DNA of 55,909 nucleotides, taken from Polyangiaceae bacterium. Its GTDB lineage: Bacteria > Myxococcota_A > Polyangia > Polyangiales > Polyangiaceae. Positions 9,360 to 18,403 of the stretch are shown here, one piece after another. The stretch is taken from assembly GCA_044222475.1 (NCBI GenBank), contig JBGANF010000044.1:1-55909 (forward strand), read 5' to 3'. A program made the translations under genes and the position numbers. The notes under the pieces are model-generated. The model did no database searches. It was given only the letters and a program-made list of their open reading frames with translations, and was not told where the DNA came from. Position 1 is the first letter of the stretch. Every line of letters starts with the position of its first letter.

Positions 9360-10225
9360 CAGCTCGGCCCTCGATCGCCTTCGGGCGTCGCTTGGGTCGC
9401 CGGCGGAGGGACGGTCTGCCGCGAACGGCGGAGGAGGCCGAAGATGCGGGCCCCGAGCTCGGGCGCGCGGAACGGCTTGACCACGTAGTCGTCGGCGCCG
9501 CTCGCGAACGCATCGACGATGTCGCGCGACGATCCGTTCGCGGTGAGGAAGAGCACCGGCAACCCCGCCAGCGCGTCTCGCGCCCGGATCGCGCGGCACA
9601 GCTCGATTCCGCTCATCCCCGGCAGGGTCCAGTCGGTGACGACCATGTCGACGCGTGCGGTGGCCCCGAGGTCGTCGAGGCGGGTGAGCGCGCGCTCGCC
9701 GCTCGGCACCGACTCCACGACGAAGCCGACCGCTTCGAGCATTGCCCCCACCACGTCGCACAGCTCGTCGTCGTCGTCGACGAGGAGGACGCGCGCGCCC
9801 TCTCCGGCACCGAAGCGACGGACGAAGCTCGACGCCGGCATGCTCGGTCGCTTCAGCCCCGCGTCGATCGACGGCATCGTGCTCCGATCACCGGGCTCGG
9901 GCGAGGCGTCGGTCGGGGGCGACTCCTCTTCGTCTTCGTCGCGCATGGCGGCGATCTTGGCGAGGCTGGCCTCCGACGCCTCGACGAGGTGGGTCAACTT
10001 GGCCCAATCACGAGGCTCGAACGCGATCGCCACGCTCTCACCGTGGCGGACTCCGCGGGCCGCGGCGGCCGTCGCGCGCCCCGCACCCTCGACCTCGACG
10101 ATGGCGAGAAGCCACTCGCCGTCTTGGATCGACTCACCCGAGGGAAGCGGTAGCTCGTGGTCCGTGGACCGGAGCGCTTCTCGAAGAGCGGTCAGGGTGG
10201 CGTAACGACAGACGATACTTCGCAC
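9359..10225 (-). CDS. Response regulator with an uncharacterised N-terminal domain and a C-terminal receiver
   Basis: LLVDDD, phosphoacceptor VVTDW.LPGMSG, FLTA, GADDYVVKPF; start GTG at 10225 inferred. Confidence 0.85.
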   Translation of the reverse strand: MRSIVCRYATLTALREALRSTDHELPLPSGESIQDGEWLLAIVEVEGAGRATAAAARGVRHGESVAIAFEPRDWAKLTHLVEASEASLAKIAAMRDEDEEESPPTDASPEPGDRSTMPSIDAGLKRPSMPASSFVRRFGAGEGARVLLVDDDDELCDVVGAMLEAVGFVVESVPSGERALTRLDDLGATARVDMVVTDWTLPGMSGIELCRAIRARDALAGLPVLFLTANGSSRDIVDAFASGADDYVVKPFRAPELGARIFGLLRRSRQTVPPPATQATPEGDRGPS

Positions 10226-10239
10226 GATCGGGGAACCGG

Positions 10240-10281
10240 AGGTTAGCACCGGTTGGCACCCGCCAGAAGACCCGCTAGGCT
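10240..10281. promoter_or_regulatory. Divergent sigma70-type promoters with a tandem 10-bp direct repeat
   Basis: Plus strand TTGGCA-N17-TAGGCT (10253-10281); minus strand extended -10 TGcTAACCT; GGTTAGCACC GGTTGGCACC at 10241-10260. Confidence 0.45.
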
Positions 10282-10295
10282 GCGCCCCGATCGTC

Positions 10296-11267
10296 ATGTC
10301 GGGCTTCAAATCGGCGTCTTTGCTCCTCCTCCTCGGGATCGCTGGCAGCGGCTCCACCTGCAACAACAAGTCGGACCCGGGTAACGACGTATCGAAGGAC
10401 CCGGCCGGCGGCGTCGACGTCAACCTGGCCGCCGTCGACACGAGCGCGCTGACCCCTCGCGAGAAGAAGGAGTGGAGCAAGTACGTGAGCGAGCTCCTCG
10501 CTCCCTGCGCCGATACTCCGGTGTCGATCGCCCAGTGCGTCCAGGAGAAGCGCGCCTGCCAAAAGTGCGTCCCGGCAGCGAAGATGATCCTGAAGGGCGT
10601 CCGCGACGGCCAGTCGCGCGAACAAGTCGAGAAGACGTTCCACAACCGCTTCGACGCCGACAAGGTGAAGAACGTCACCATCGACGACTCACCGACGACC
10701 GGGCCCTCCGGCGCGCCGATCGTCATGGTCGAGTTCGCCGACTTCGAGTGCCCCCACTGCCAGGCGATGGCGCCGCTCATCGACGCGACGGTCGAGCAGC
10801 ACAAGACCGACCTCCGGTTCGTCTACAAGTTCCTCCCCCTCCCCGGTCACACCCATGCCGATCCCGCCGCTCGCGCAGCGTGGGCAGCGCAGCAGCAGGG
10901 GAAATTCTGGGAGATGCATCACAAGCTGTTCGCCAACGGCGAGCACCTCGAGCAGAGCGATCTCGAGGCCTACGCCCGCGACATCGGGCTCGATCTCGCG
11001 AAATTCAAGCTCGACATGGGGAGCAAGGGCGCGACCGACAAGATCGCGGCCGACAAGAAGCTCGCCGACTCGCTCGGCGTGAAGGGCACGCCCGCCATCT
11101 TCATCAACGGCCGCGAGTACGAGCGCGTCCAAACCTTGGACGAGTGGATCGCGCTCGAGCTCACCCTCATGGGGCAAGGGCCGCCCCCGACGCCGTCTTC
11201 GGTCCCGTCGCTCGTTCCGTCGGGCGCTCCATCGGTCGCCCCCTCGGCGAGCGTGCGGGACAAGTGA
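10296..11267 (+). CDS. DsbA-family thioredoxin-fold protein with a Cys-rich N-terminal domain
   Basis: EFADFECPHC, KFWEMH, cis-Pro GTP.IFING; N-terminal signal. Confidence 0.9.
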   Translation: MSGFKSASLLLLLGIAGSGSTCNNKSDPGNDVSKDPAGGVDVNLAAVDTSALTPREKKEWSKYVSELLAPCADTPVSIAQCVQEKRACQKCVPAAKMILKGVRDGQSREQVEKTFHNRFDADKVKNVTIDDSPTTGPSGAPIVMVEFADFECPHCQAMAPLIDATVEQHKTDLRFVYKFLPLPGHTHADPAARAAWAAQQQGKFWEMHHKLFANGEHLEQSDLEAYARDIGLDLAKFKLDMGSKGATDKIAADKKLADSLGVKGTPAIFINGREYERVQTLDEWIALELTLMGQGPPPTPSSVPSLVPSGAPSVAPSASVRDK

Positions 11268-12007
11268 AGGCAACCTCCGACGGGTGCGGCTGTTTCCCGA
11301 CCGGGCGGCACTACCCCGGCATCGCGCACCTCCTCCGGACGATCGTCCGCGGTCTGGCCGACGAGTTCGCCTCCGACGCGCCGTGGAACGAGCTCGACAT
11401 CGCGCTCCTCGACGTCGAGACCACCGGCCGTGACGCCGGCGTGGACCGCGTCGTCGAGGTCGGCGTCGTCATCGGCCGCGAAGGCACCATCGTCCTCCGC
11501 AAGAACTGGCTCGTGAACCCCGGCGTGCCGATCCCGGCATCGGCGAGCGAGATCCACGGCATCAAGGACGACGACGTGAAGGACGCTCCGTCGTTCGGCG
11601 CCATCGCCGACGAGCTCGCCGAGGTGCTCCGGGCGAAGGTCCCCGCCGCGTACAACGCGAACTTCGACAAGACCTTCATCCTGTCGGAGTTTGCCCGCCT
11701 CGGCGCGCGCACGACGCCTGCCCCGCCCGCGCTGCGGCGCGAGACCGAGTGGGTCGACCCGCTGATCTGGGCGCGCGAGCTCCAGAGCGAAGAGCGGTCC
11801 CGCGCCCTCGGCGACGTGGCCGCACGCCTCGGGATTGCTCTCGAAAATGCCCACCGCGCGGCGGACGACGCGGAGGCCGCGCTCCGCGTGCTGTACGCTC
11901 TCGCCCGCGACCCGCGCGTCCCCCGCGCGTACGGAGCGCTCGTTCAGGAGCAGCGCCGCCTGGGCCTCGCGCAAGCCGATGAGCGGCGCATGTGGCGCAA
12001 GAGTTGA
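11264..12007 (+). CDS. DEDDh 3'-5' exonuclease (DNA polymerase III epsilon-like)
   Basis: DVETTG, YNANFD, HRAADDAEA; GTGA overlap with the DsbA-like gene. Confidence 0.9.
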   Translation: MKATSDGCGCFPTGRHYPGIAHLLRTIVRGLADEFASDAPWNELDIALLDVETTGRDAGVDRVVEVGVVIGREGTIVLRKNWLVNPGVPIPASASEIHGIKDDDVKDAPSFGAIADELAEVLRAKVPAAYNANFDKTFILSEFARLGARTTPAPPALRRETEWVDPLIWARELQSEERSRALGDVAARLGIALENAHRAADDAEAALRVLYALARDPRVPRAYGALVQEQRRLGLAQADERRMWRKS

Positions 12008-12087
12008 CGCTTCGCGTAGTATCCGAGCCGCGCGCCTGCAACGCACCGGCGACGCACCGCATCTAGAGACAAGAGTTGGAGGAACCC

Positions 12088-13380
12088 GTGAGCGACAAAG
12101 CGGAGATCAAGTTCAGTGAGACGGTGAAGCTCGAGGTGCCGGTCGTCGTCGGCAGCGAAGGTGAGAAGGCCGTCGACATTGCTCAGCTTCGGGCGAAGAC
12201 GGGCTTCGTGACGATCGACCCCGCGTTCATGAACACCGCCTCGACCAAGAGCGCGATCACGTTCATCGACGGCGACAAGGGCATCCTTCGTTACCGCGGC
12301 ATCCCGATCGAGCAGCTCGCCGAGCACTCGACCTTCGTCGAGACGAGCTACCTGCTCGTGAACGGCCACTTGCCGAACAAGGCGGAGCTGAACCGTTTCT
12401 CGACGTTGCTCACCCGTCACTCGCTCATCCACGAGGACATGAAGCGCTTCTTCGAGGGCTTCCCGTCGACCGCGCACCCGATGGCGGTGCTCTCGTCGAT
12501 GGTGCTCGCGATGTCGAGCTTCTACCCGGACGCGATCGACGTCTCCAACACCGACCAGATCGACATCACGATCGCGCGCTTGCTGGCCAAGGTCCGCACC
12601 ATCGCGGCGTTCGCCTACAAGAAGAGCATCGGCCAGCCGATGGTCTACCCGAAGAACTCGCTCCCCTACTGCGCGAACTTCCTGAACATGATGTTCAGCG
12701 TCCCGGCGGAGCCGTACGAGTACGACGAGGAGCTGGTGAAGGTGATGAACCTCCTCCTCATCCTCCACGCCGATCACGAGCAGAACTGTTCGACGTCGAC
12801 CGTCCGCCTCGTCGGCTCGTCGCGCGCGAACCTGTTCGCCAGCATCTCGGCCGGCATCTGTGCCCTCTGGGGCCCGCTCCACGGCGGCGCCAACCAAGAG
12901 GTCATCGAGATGCTCGAGATGATCAAGAACGACGGCGGCGACGTGAAGAAGTACGTCGCGAAGGCGAAGGACAAGAACTCCGACTTCCGCCTCATGGGCT
13001 TCGGCCACCGCGTCTACAAGAACTTCGACCCGCGCGCGAAGATCATCAAGCAAGCGGCCGACAAGGTGCTCGCGAAGCTCGGCGTGAAGGATCCGCTCCT
13101 CGACATCGCCAAGGGCCTCGAGGAAGCCGCCCTCGCGGACAGCTACTTCGTCGAGCGAAAGCTGTACCCGAACGTCGACTTCTACTCGGGCATCATCTAT
13201 CGCGCGATGGGCTTCCCGACGAACATGTTCACCGTCCTCTTCGCCCTCGGGCGCCTCCCCGGCTGGATCGCCCACTGGAAGGAGATGATGGAGGACACCT
13301 CGACGAAGATCGGCCGTCCGCGCCAGATCTACACGGGTCCGACCGTCACCGACTACGTCCCGCTCGACAAGCGCGGTTGA
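12088..13380 (+). CDS. gltA: Citrate synthase (type II)
   Basis: GILRYRG, HADHEQNCST, GPLHGGANQ, GFGHRVYK, PNVDFYSG, RPRQ; GGAGG RBS before GTG at 12088. Confidence 0.97.
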   Translation: MSDKAEIKFSETVKLEVPVVVGSEGEKAVDIAQLRAKTGFVTIDPAFMNTASTKSAITFIDGDKGILRYRGIPIEQLAEHSTFVETSYLLVNGHLPNKAELNRFSTLLTRHSLIHEDMKRFFEGFPSTAHPMAVLSSMVLAMSSFYPDAIDVSNTDQIDITIARLLAKVRTIAAFAYKKSIGQPMVYPKNSLPYCANFLNMMFSVPAEPYEYDEELVKVMNLLLILHADHEQNCSTSTVRLVGSSRANLFASISAGICALWGPLHGGANQEVIEMLEMIKNDGGDVKKYVAKAKDKNSDFRLMGFGHRVYKNFDPRAKIIKQAADKVLAKLGVKDPLLDIAKGLEEAALADSYFVERKLYPNVDFYSGIIYRAMGFPTNMFTVLFALGRLPGWIAHWKEMMEDTSTKIGRPRQIYTGPTVTDYVPLDKRG

Positions 13381-13381
13381 C

Positions 13382-15844
13382 GTGGGCGCGCGGCGCCGCC
13401 TCGCGCTCCTCACTTGCAGCGCGGTCGCCAGCGCGATCGCGTTTCAGGGTGCGTGCAGCAGCGAGGCCCCGGCGCCGTCGGGGCCGGTGGCGCGCTTTTC
13501 GTTCACCGCGGGCACCACGCCGGCGTTCTTCGACGTGCCGTGGCCGTCGGACGCCTACCTGAAGAACGGGACGATCGTCGATCCGATCCCGGGCTTCGAC
13601 GCGTTCGTCACCGGCACGCCCGAGTCGATCGAGCGCGAGATGGGAAAGCTCGACGGGTTCTCGCGCATCACGCACGCGCTGTTCCTCGTCGACGATCCCG
13701 ACGCCGCCCGCATGGACGACGGTCAGCTCGCGGGCGCCTTCGTCGACCGAGCGACGCTGCCGGCCAGCGAGGACGCGTGCATCGCCGACTCGAGCTCGGT
13801 GTTCCTCGTCGACCTGGAGGCGACCGACCCGTCGGCCGCGCGCGTGCGTTGCCGCGCGGCGTTCCACGACGATCGCCCGTGGGGCTCCGACAAGCACCCG
13901 ACCATCGCGGTCGGACCGGCGCGCGGGATCGTCCTGCGGGAAGGACACCGCTACGCCGCGGTGCTCACGAGCCGCGTGAAGGACGCGAGCGGTCGCGCGG
14001 TCGGCGCGAGCGAAGCATTCACCGCGCTCGCGGGAGCCAAGACGACCGACCCGGTCGCCGCGATGTACCAAGATGGTATCTCGAAGGTGACGACGCTGCT
14101 CGGGAGCGCACTCTCCGGGACGAAGGTCGTCGCGATCGCGCCGTTCACGACCCACACCCGAACGAAGGACCTCTTCGCCCTCCGCGAGACACTCGAAGCC
14201 GAGCCGATCCCGAAGCTCTCGTTCGACTCCGGCGACGTCGCGCCGATGGGCGCGGTCCGCTTCGCGCGCAAGGTGAACGGCGTCCTCCCGGCTGGCTTCA
14301 CCGCCAGCCTCGACGACTGGCTCGGCATCGTCGACCCGAAGGACAAGCTCCCCGACGGCACGGACGATCCCGACAACCAACTCCCGGTGCGCGCCCACGA
14401 TCACATCGCGGCGTGGGGGACCGCGGTCTTCGAGGCCTCGTACTACCTGCAAGACAAGGGCGGCTACGAGATCGAAGGCCACGCGACGTTCGCCCGTGAC
14501 GGCGCCGGGAAGATCATCAAGAGCCCCACCCAGCCGACCCAGAAGATCTGGGTCTCCGTCGTCGTCCCCGACGCGCCGATGCCGAAGGACGGCTATCCGC
14601 TGGTCATCGTCCAGCACGGGCTCGGTGCGTCGCGCGAGTACCTCGTCCAGAACGCGAACGTCTTCGCGAGCAAGGGCTGGATGGTCGTCGCGATCGACAG
14701 CATCACGTTCGGTGCGCGCTCGCCTCACGCGGAGTTTCGCGTCGACCAAGTGTCCGACTACGAGAAGGCACCGGGCGCCACGTACGCCGGCCCCGATGGC
14801 ATCTCGGACGTCGTCGGCGGCGCTCGCTCCGGCGTCATGGATCTGTTCGGCAACCTGACGAACCTCGGAGCGTTCCGCGATCAGCTGCGCCAAGCGTCGA
14901 TCGACACGGCCCAGCTCGTGCGCGTCCTCCGGAGCAATCCCGACTTGTCGTTTCTGCAGACCGGGGCCGAGGCTCCGCGCATCGATCCGTCGCGCGTCTC
15001 GTACCTCGGTGAGTCGCTCGGATCGGTCGAGGGCGAGATGGCGTCCGCGATCGAGCCGAACGTGAAGACCTGGGTATTCTCGGTGGGCGGCGGCGGCTTC
15101 ATCATGGAAGCGGCAACGCACGGGCCCGGCATCGGCAGCCTCTTGAACGCCGGCGCGGGCCTCTTCTTCCATTTCCTCCGCGACCACCTCGACGAGTTTC
15201 ACCCGCTCGTGAACCTGGTCCAGACGGTGCTCGAGCCCGCCGATCCGCTGCTGTACGGGCAACACCTGATCGTCGATCCCCGCCCGATCGCCGGGAAGCC
15301 GGCGGCTCCACGCAACGTGATGCTGATCGAGTCGCTCCACGACGAGCTCTTGGCGAACGAAGCAGGCGAAGCGTTCGGTCGCACGACCGGCCTCGTCCTG
15401 GCGGAGCCCAACGTCGGGTCGAACGCGGGCACGATCGATCCGAAGACTCCAGCGTCGGGCTTCGGGCGGGTGCCGTTCAAGAGCGTCGGCCCCGACGGCA
15501 CGGGCACGATCCACGACGTCCCGTTCGCGGGCATCACCGGCGTGATCGTGCAGTTCGGTCCGTGCGATCACGGGTCGGACTTCGTCTCGAGCATCGGCGC
15601 TCACGAGTACGCGATCCCGTTCGCGCGCTACGACACGCCGTCGCCGTTCGTGCGGCTCGACACGGCGTTCACGATGCGAAATCCGTATCGCGAGATCGCG
15701 GCGCAGATCACCGACTTCTTCGCCGACGGCTTCGCGGGCAAAGTACCCGGGGTGATCGTCAAGAAGACCCCGGTGCGCGACTACGACGACGACGGAGTCC
15801 CCGACGATCTGGACAAGAGCCCGAGCGACCCGACCGTGAAGTGA
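13382..15844 (+). CDS. Large lipoprotein with an alpha/beta-hydrolase (lipase-like) domain
   Basis: Signal with Cys; PWPSD and DGFS N-terminal motifs; QHGLG oxyanion loop; GESLG nucleophile elbow; C-terminal DYDDDGVPDDLD Ca-binding-like motif. Confidence 0.7.
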   Translation: MGARRRLALLTCSAVASAIAFQGACSSEAPAPSGPVARFSFTAGTTPAFFDVPWPSDAYLKNGTIVDPIPGFDAFVTGTPESIEREMGKLDGFSRITHALFLVDDPDAARMDDGQLAGAFVDRATLPASEDACIADSSSVFLVDLEATDPSAARVRCRAAFHDDRPWGSDKHPTIAVGPARGIVLREGHRYAAVLTSRVKDASGRAVGASEAFTALAGAKTTDPVAAMYQDGISKVTTLLGSALSGTKVVAIAPFTTHTRTKDLFALRETLEAEPIPKLSFDSGDVAPMGAVRFARKVNGVLPAGFTASLDDWLGIVDPKDKLPDGTDDPDNQLPVRAHDHIAAWGTAVFEASYYLQDKGGYEIEGHATFARDGAGKIIKSPTQPTQKIWVSVVVPDAPMPKDGYPLVIVQHGLGASREYLVQNANVFASKGWMVVAIDSITFGARSPHAEFRVDQVSDYEKAPGATYAGPDGISDVVGGARSGVMDLFGNLTNLGAFRDQLRQASIDTAQLVRVLRSNPDLSFLQTGAEAPRIDPSRVSYLGESLGSVEGEMASAIEPNVKTWVFSVGGGGFIMEAATHGPGIGSLLNAGAGLFFHFLRDHLDEFHPLVNLVQTVLEPADPLLYGQHLIVDPRPIAGKPAAPRNVMLIESLHDELLANEAGEAFGRTTGLVLAEPNVGSNAGTIDPKTPASGFGRVPFKSVGPDGTGTIHDVPFAGITGVIVQFGPCDHGSDFVSSIGAHEYAIPFARYDTPSPFVRLDTAFTMRNPYREIAAQITDFFADGFAGKVPGVIVKKTPVRDYDDDGVPDDLDKSPSDPTVK

Positions 15845-15874
15845 ACCGCCAGGGCGTTCCTCTCCTCGAGTGCA

Positions 15875-16825
15875 TCAGTCGAAGAGCAGATACCCCCGCG
15901 CGACCTCCAGGATCTCACCGCTGAACAGCAAGAACTGGATCAGCGCCAGGATCAAGAACGGCCCGAACGCGACTCGTGATTTGCCGAAGCCTTCCTCGGC
16001 TTCTTCGCCCAACGGGTCCTCCTCGAGGATCTTCTTCGCCTCGCGATCGCCCTTCTTGGCGGCCGCGCGAAGCTCGTCGAGCTCCTTCTTCACCGCCTCG
16101 GGCTCTTCGATCTTTCCTTTGACGAGGTAGACGACGATCGCGAAGAGCGTCCCCTGCATGCTCCCCGCGAGCAGCGTCCACACCGCCCCGATCCACCCGA
16201 ACCAGGCGCCCGCGACCATCGCGAGCTTCGCGTCGCCCAGGCCCATCCCTTCTCGACCCCGAATCGCGCGGTAGCCGACGATGAACGGCAACCACACGAC
16301 CGCGAAGCCGACGCACGCGCCGAATGCCGACTCCTCGAACCCGAGCCCTCTCAGCCGCGCCGTCGCCAGCCCGAGCACCAGCGCCCCGAAGTTGATCGAG
16401 TCCGGCAGGATCATGTGCTCGAAGTCGATGAACGCCGCCGCGATGAGCCCCATGAGCAGGGCGAAGTACGCGAAGTAGATCCCCGAGACCTGAGCCAGGG
16501 TGAGCGTCGACGGGAGCTTGCGAATGACGAGCTCGAACAACGCGAGCGAAACGCCTCCGCCGAGCGCTTCGACCAGCGGATAGCGCGGGCTCATCTTCGC
16601 CTTGCAGCAGCGCGCCCGACCCCGGAGCACGAGGTACGAAACGATGGGAACGTTGTCGTAGAAGGCGATCGGCTTGCCGCACGCGGGGCAGTGCGACCCG
16701 GGGTGGGCGACGCTCATGTCGCGCGGGAGGCGATAGATGACGACGTTGAGGAAGCTCCCCCAGATGAGGCCGAAGAACACGACGAACCCACGCAACGTGG
16801 AAAGCGGGAGCTCGGAGAGCCTCAT
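15875..16825 (-). CDS. pilD: Type IV prepilin peptidase/N-methyltransferase (A24)
   Basis: GSFLNVVIYRLP, SHCPAC, RYPLVE, ID..HMILPD, GMGLGDAKL, AFGPFL. Confidence 0.95.
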   Translation of the reverse strand: MRLSELPLSTLRGFVVFFGLIWGSFLNVVIYRLPRDMSVAHPGSHCPACGKPIAFYDNVPIVSYLVLRGRARCCKAKMSPRYPLVEALGGGVSLALFELVIRKLPSTLTLAQVSGIYFAYFALLMGLIAAAFIDFEHMILPDSINFGALVLGLATARLRGLGFEESAFGACVGFAVVWLPFIVGYRAIRGREGMGLGDAKLAMVAGAWFGWIGAVWTLLAGSMQGTLFAIVVYLVKGKIEEPEAVKKELDELRAAAKKGDREAKKILEEDPLGEEAEEGFGKSRVAFGPFLILALIQFLLFSGEILEVARGYLLFD

Positions 16826-16891
16826 CGACGAACGAAGGGTAGCAGGAAAGGTGTGGCATTCGCTCCCGGCGCGGACTACCTACGTCTCGCT

Positions 16892-17500
16892 TTGATTCTC
16901 ACGCTCCATGGCTCCCACCCCGAGCCGCGGAAGATCCGCCGCGCGGTCGAGGCGCTCGAAGCGGGCGAGGTCATCGCCTACCCGACGGACACCGTGTACG
17001 GGCTCGGCTGCGATCCGATGAACAAGAAGGCGGTCGACCGTCTCTATGCCATCAAGGGCATGGATCGCTCGCATGCCCTCGCGTTCATCTGCCCCGATCT
17101 CTCGGACATCGCGAAGTACGCCATCGTCGAGAACCACAACTACCGCATCCTCCGGCGCTACCTCCCCGGGCCCTACTGCTTCATCCTCGAGGCGACGCGC
17201 GAGCTCCCGAAGATCGTCCAGACGAAGCGCAAGACGGTGGGGATCCGCGTACCGGCCCACGAGACGACCCGCGCGCTGGCCCGCGAGCTCGGCCGACCCA
17301 TCATCTCGACCACCGCGCAGCGCGCCGGAGAAGAGCCCCACGTCGACCCGCGGGAGATCGAGATCGCCTTCAAGGGCCTCGGGCTCGTCCTCGACGACGG
17401 TGAGGGCGGCGGCGTCGTGCCGACGACGGTGATCGATCTCACGACCGTGCCGGCGGTCGTCGTCCGAGAGGGCGCGGGGAGCGTGGAAGACTTCGAGTAG
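16892..17500 (+). CDS. yciO: Sua5/YciO/YrdC family protein (YciO-like)
   Basis: YPTDTVYGLGC, PGPY.FIL, KTVGIRVP, ISTTA, PTTVIDL; start TTG at 16892, alternatively GTG at 16853. Confidence 0.85.
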   Translation: MILTLHGSHPEPRKIRRAVEALEAGEVIAYPTDTVYGLGCDPMNKKAVDRLYAIKGMDRSHALAFICPDLSDIAKYAIVENHNYRILRRYLPGPYCFILEATRELPKIVQTKRKTVGIRVPAHETTRALARELGRPIISTTAQRAGEEPHVDPREIEIAFKGLGLVLDDGEGGGVVPTTVIDLTTVPAVVVREGAGSVEDFE

Positions 17501-17504
17501 GTCT

Positions 17505-18323
17505 TCAGGGTACGAGCACGCGCATGTCGCCGCCGACGTCGCGTGCGGAGGCGAGCATGCCGTGGTGCACGCGCTTCGCGAAGCGCACCGCGTCGACGAT
17601 CATGTCGTCTCCGTCGGCGTCGAAATTGCGCTCGTCGACCGCGAGTCGCCCGGCGATGAGCGACGCGAGCGTGCAGCCTCCGCCGTGCACGGTGTACCGC
17701 ATGCGAATTCGCTTCGCCGCGACCTCGATGATCTCGTCACCGATGGCGAGCACGTCGACCGCTCGTGGGCCGAGCAAGTGCCCGCCTTTCACCAACGCCG
17801 CGCGCGCGCCGAGGTCCACGAGCGCCCGCGCCGCGTCGCGTGCGTCGGGTACCGAGATGATCCGGCGGCGCACGAGCGCCTCGGCCTCGGGGATGTTCGC
17901 GGTGACGACGGCGCTGCGACGAACCAGGTCGGTGCGCAGCGCGCGGAGGGCCGTCTCGGCGAGGAGTCGCGCGCGGCCGCGCGACGGGAGCATGACCGGG
18001 TCGACCACCGCCGGGATGTCGCGATGAGCGGAGAGGAGCTCACCGATCGCGCGCACGTTCGCCTCGGACCCGAGGGCACCGACCTTGATCGCGCGAACGC
18101 GCTGGTTCTTGAGCACGGCGCGCGCCTGGGCGAGGAGGAGCTTCGGCGCAAGCGGCTCCGCAGCGTCGAGCCCGGCGGTCGACTGGATCGTCGACAGCGC
18201 GACGACCGCACACCCGAAGGCCTTCGCCGCACCGAACGCGCGAAGATCGGCGACGACGCCCGCACCACCGCCAGGGTCGAGCCCTCCGATTGCGAGGGCG
18301 CAGGAGAGTAGAGGGCGGGACAC
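17505..18323 (-). CDS. thiD: Hydroxymethylpyrimidine/phosphomethylpyrimidine kinase
   Basis: GLDPGGGAGVVADL, VDPV, LVKGGH, HGGGCTLAS. Confidence 0.9.
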   Translation of the reverse strand: MSRPLLSCALAIGGLDPGGGAGVVADLRAFGAAKAFGCAVVALSTIQSTAGLDAAEPLAPKLLLAQARAVLKNQRVRAIKVGALGSEANVRAIGELLSAHRDIPAVVDPVMLPSRGRARLLAETALRALRTDLVRRSAVVTANIPEAEALVRRRIISVPDARDAARALVDLGARAALVKGGHLLGPRAVDVLAIGDEIIEVAAKRIRMRYTVHGGGCTLASLIAGRLAVDERNFDADGDDMIVDAVRFAKRVHHGMLASARDVGGDMRVLVP

Positions 18324-18403
18324 GAGGAACCCGCATGGGACCGAAAGCGCGCCGCGCCGTCAAGTCGCACCGGAGCCACGTCGTTTCGGGATAGATTGGG
18401 TCG

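Noticed and set aside
10243..10258. TTAGCAC as a CIRCE half-site, or TGGCAC as a sigma54 -24 box
   Set aside because: No matching second CIRCE arm and no TTGC -12 element at the right spacing.
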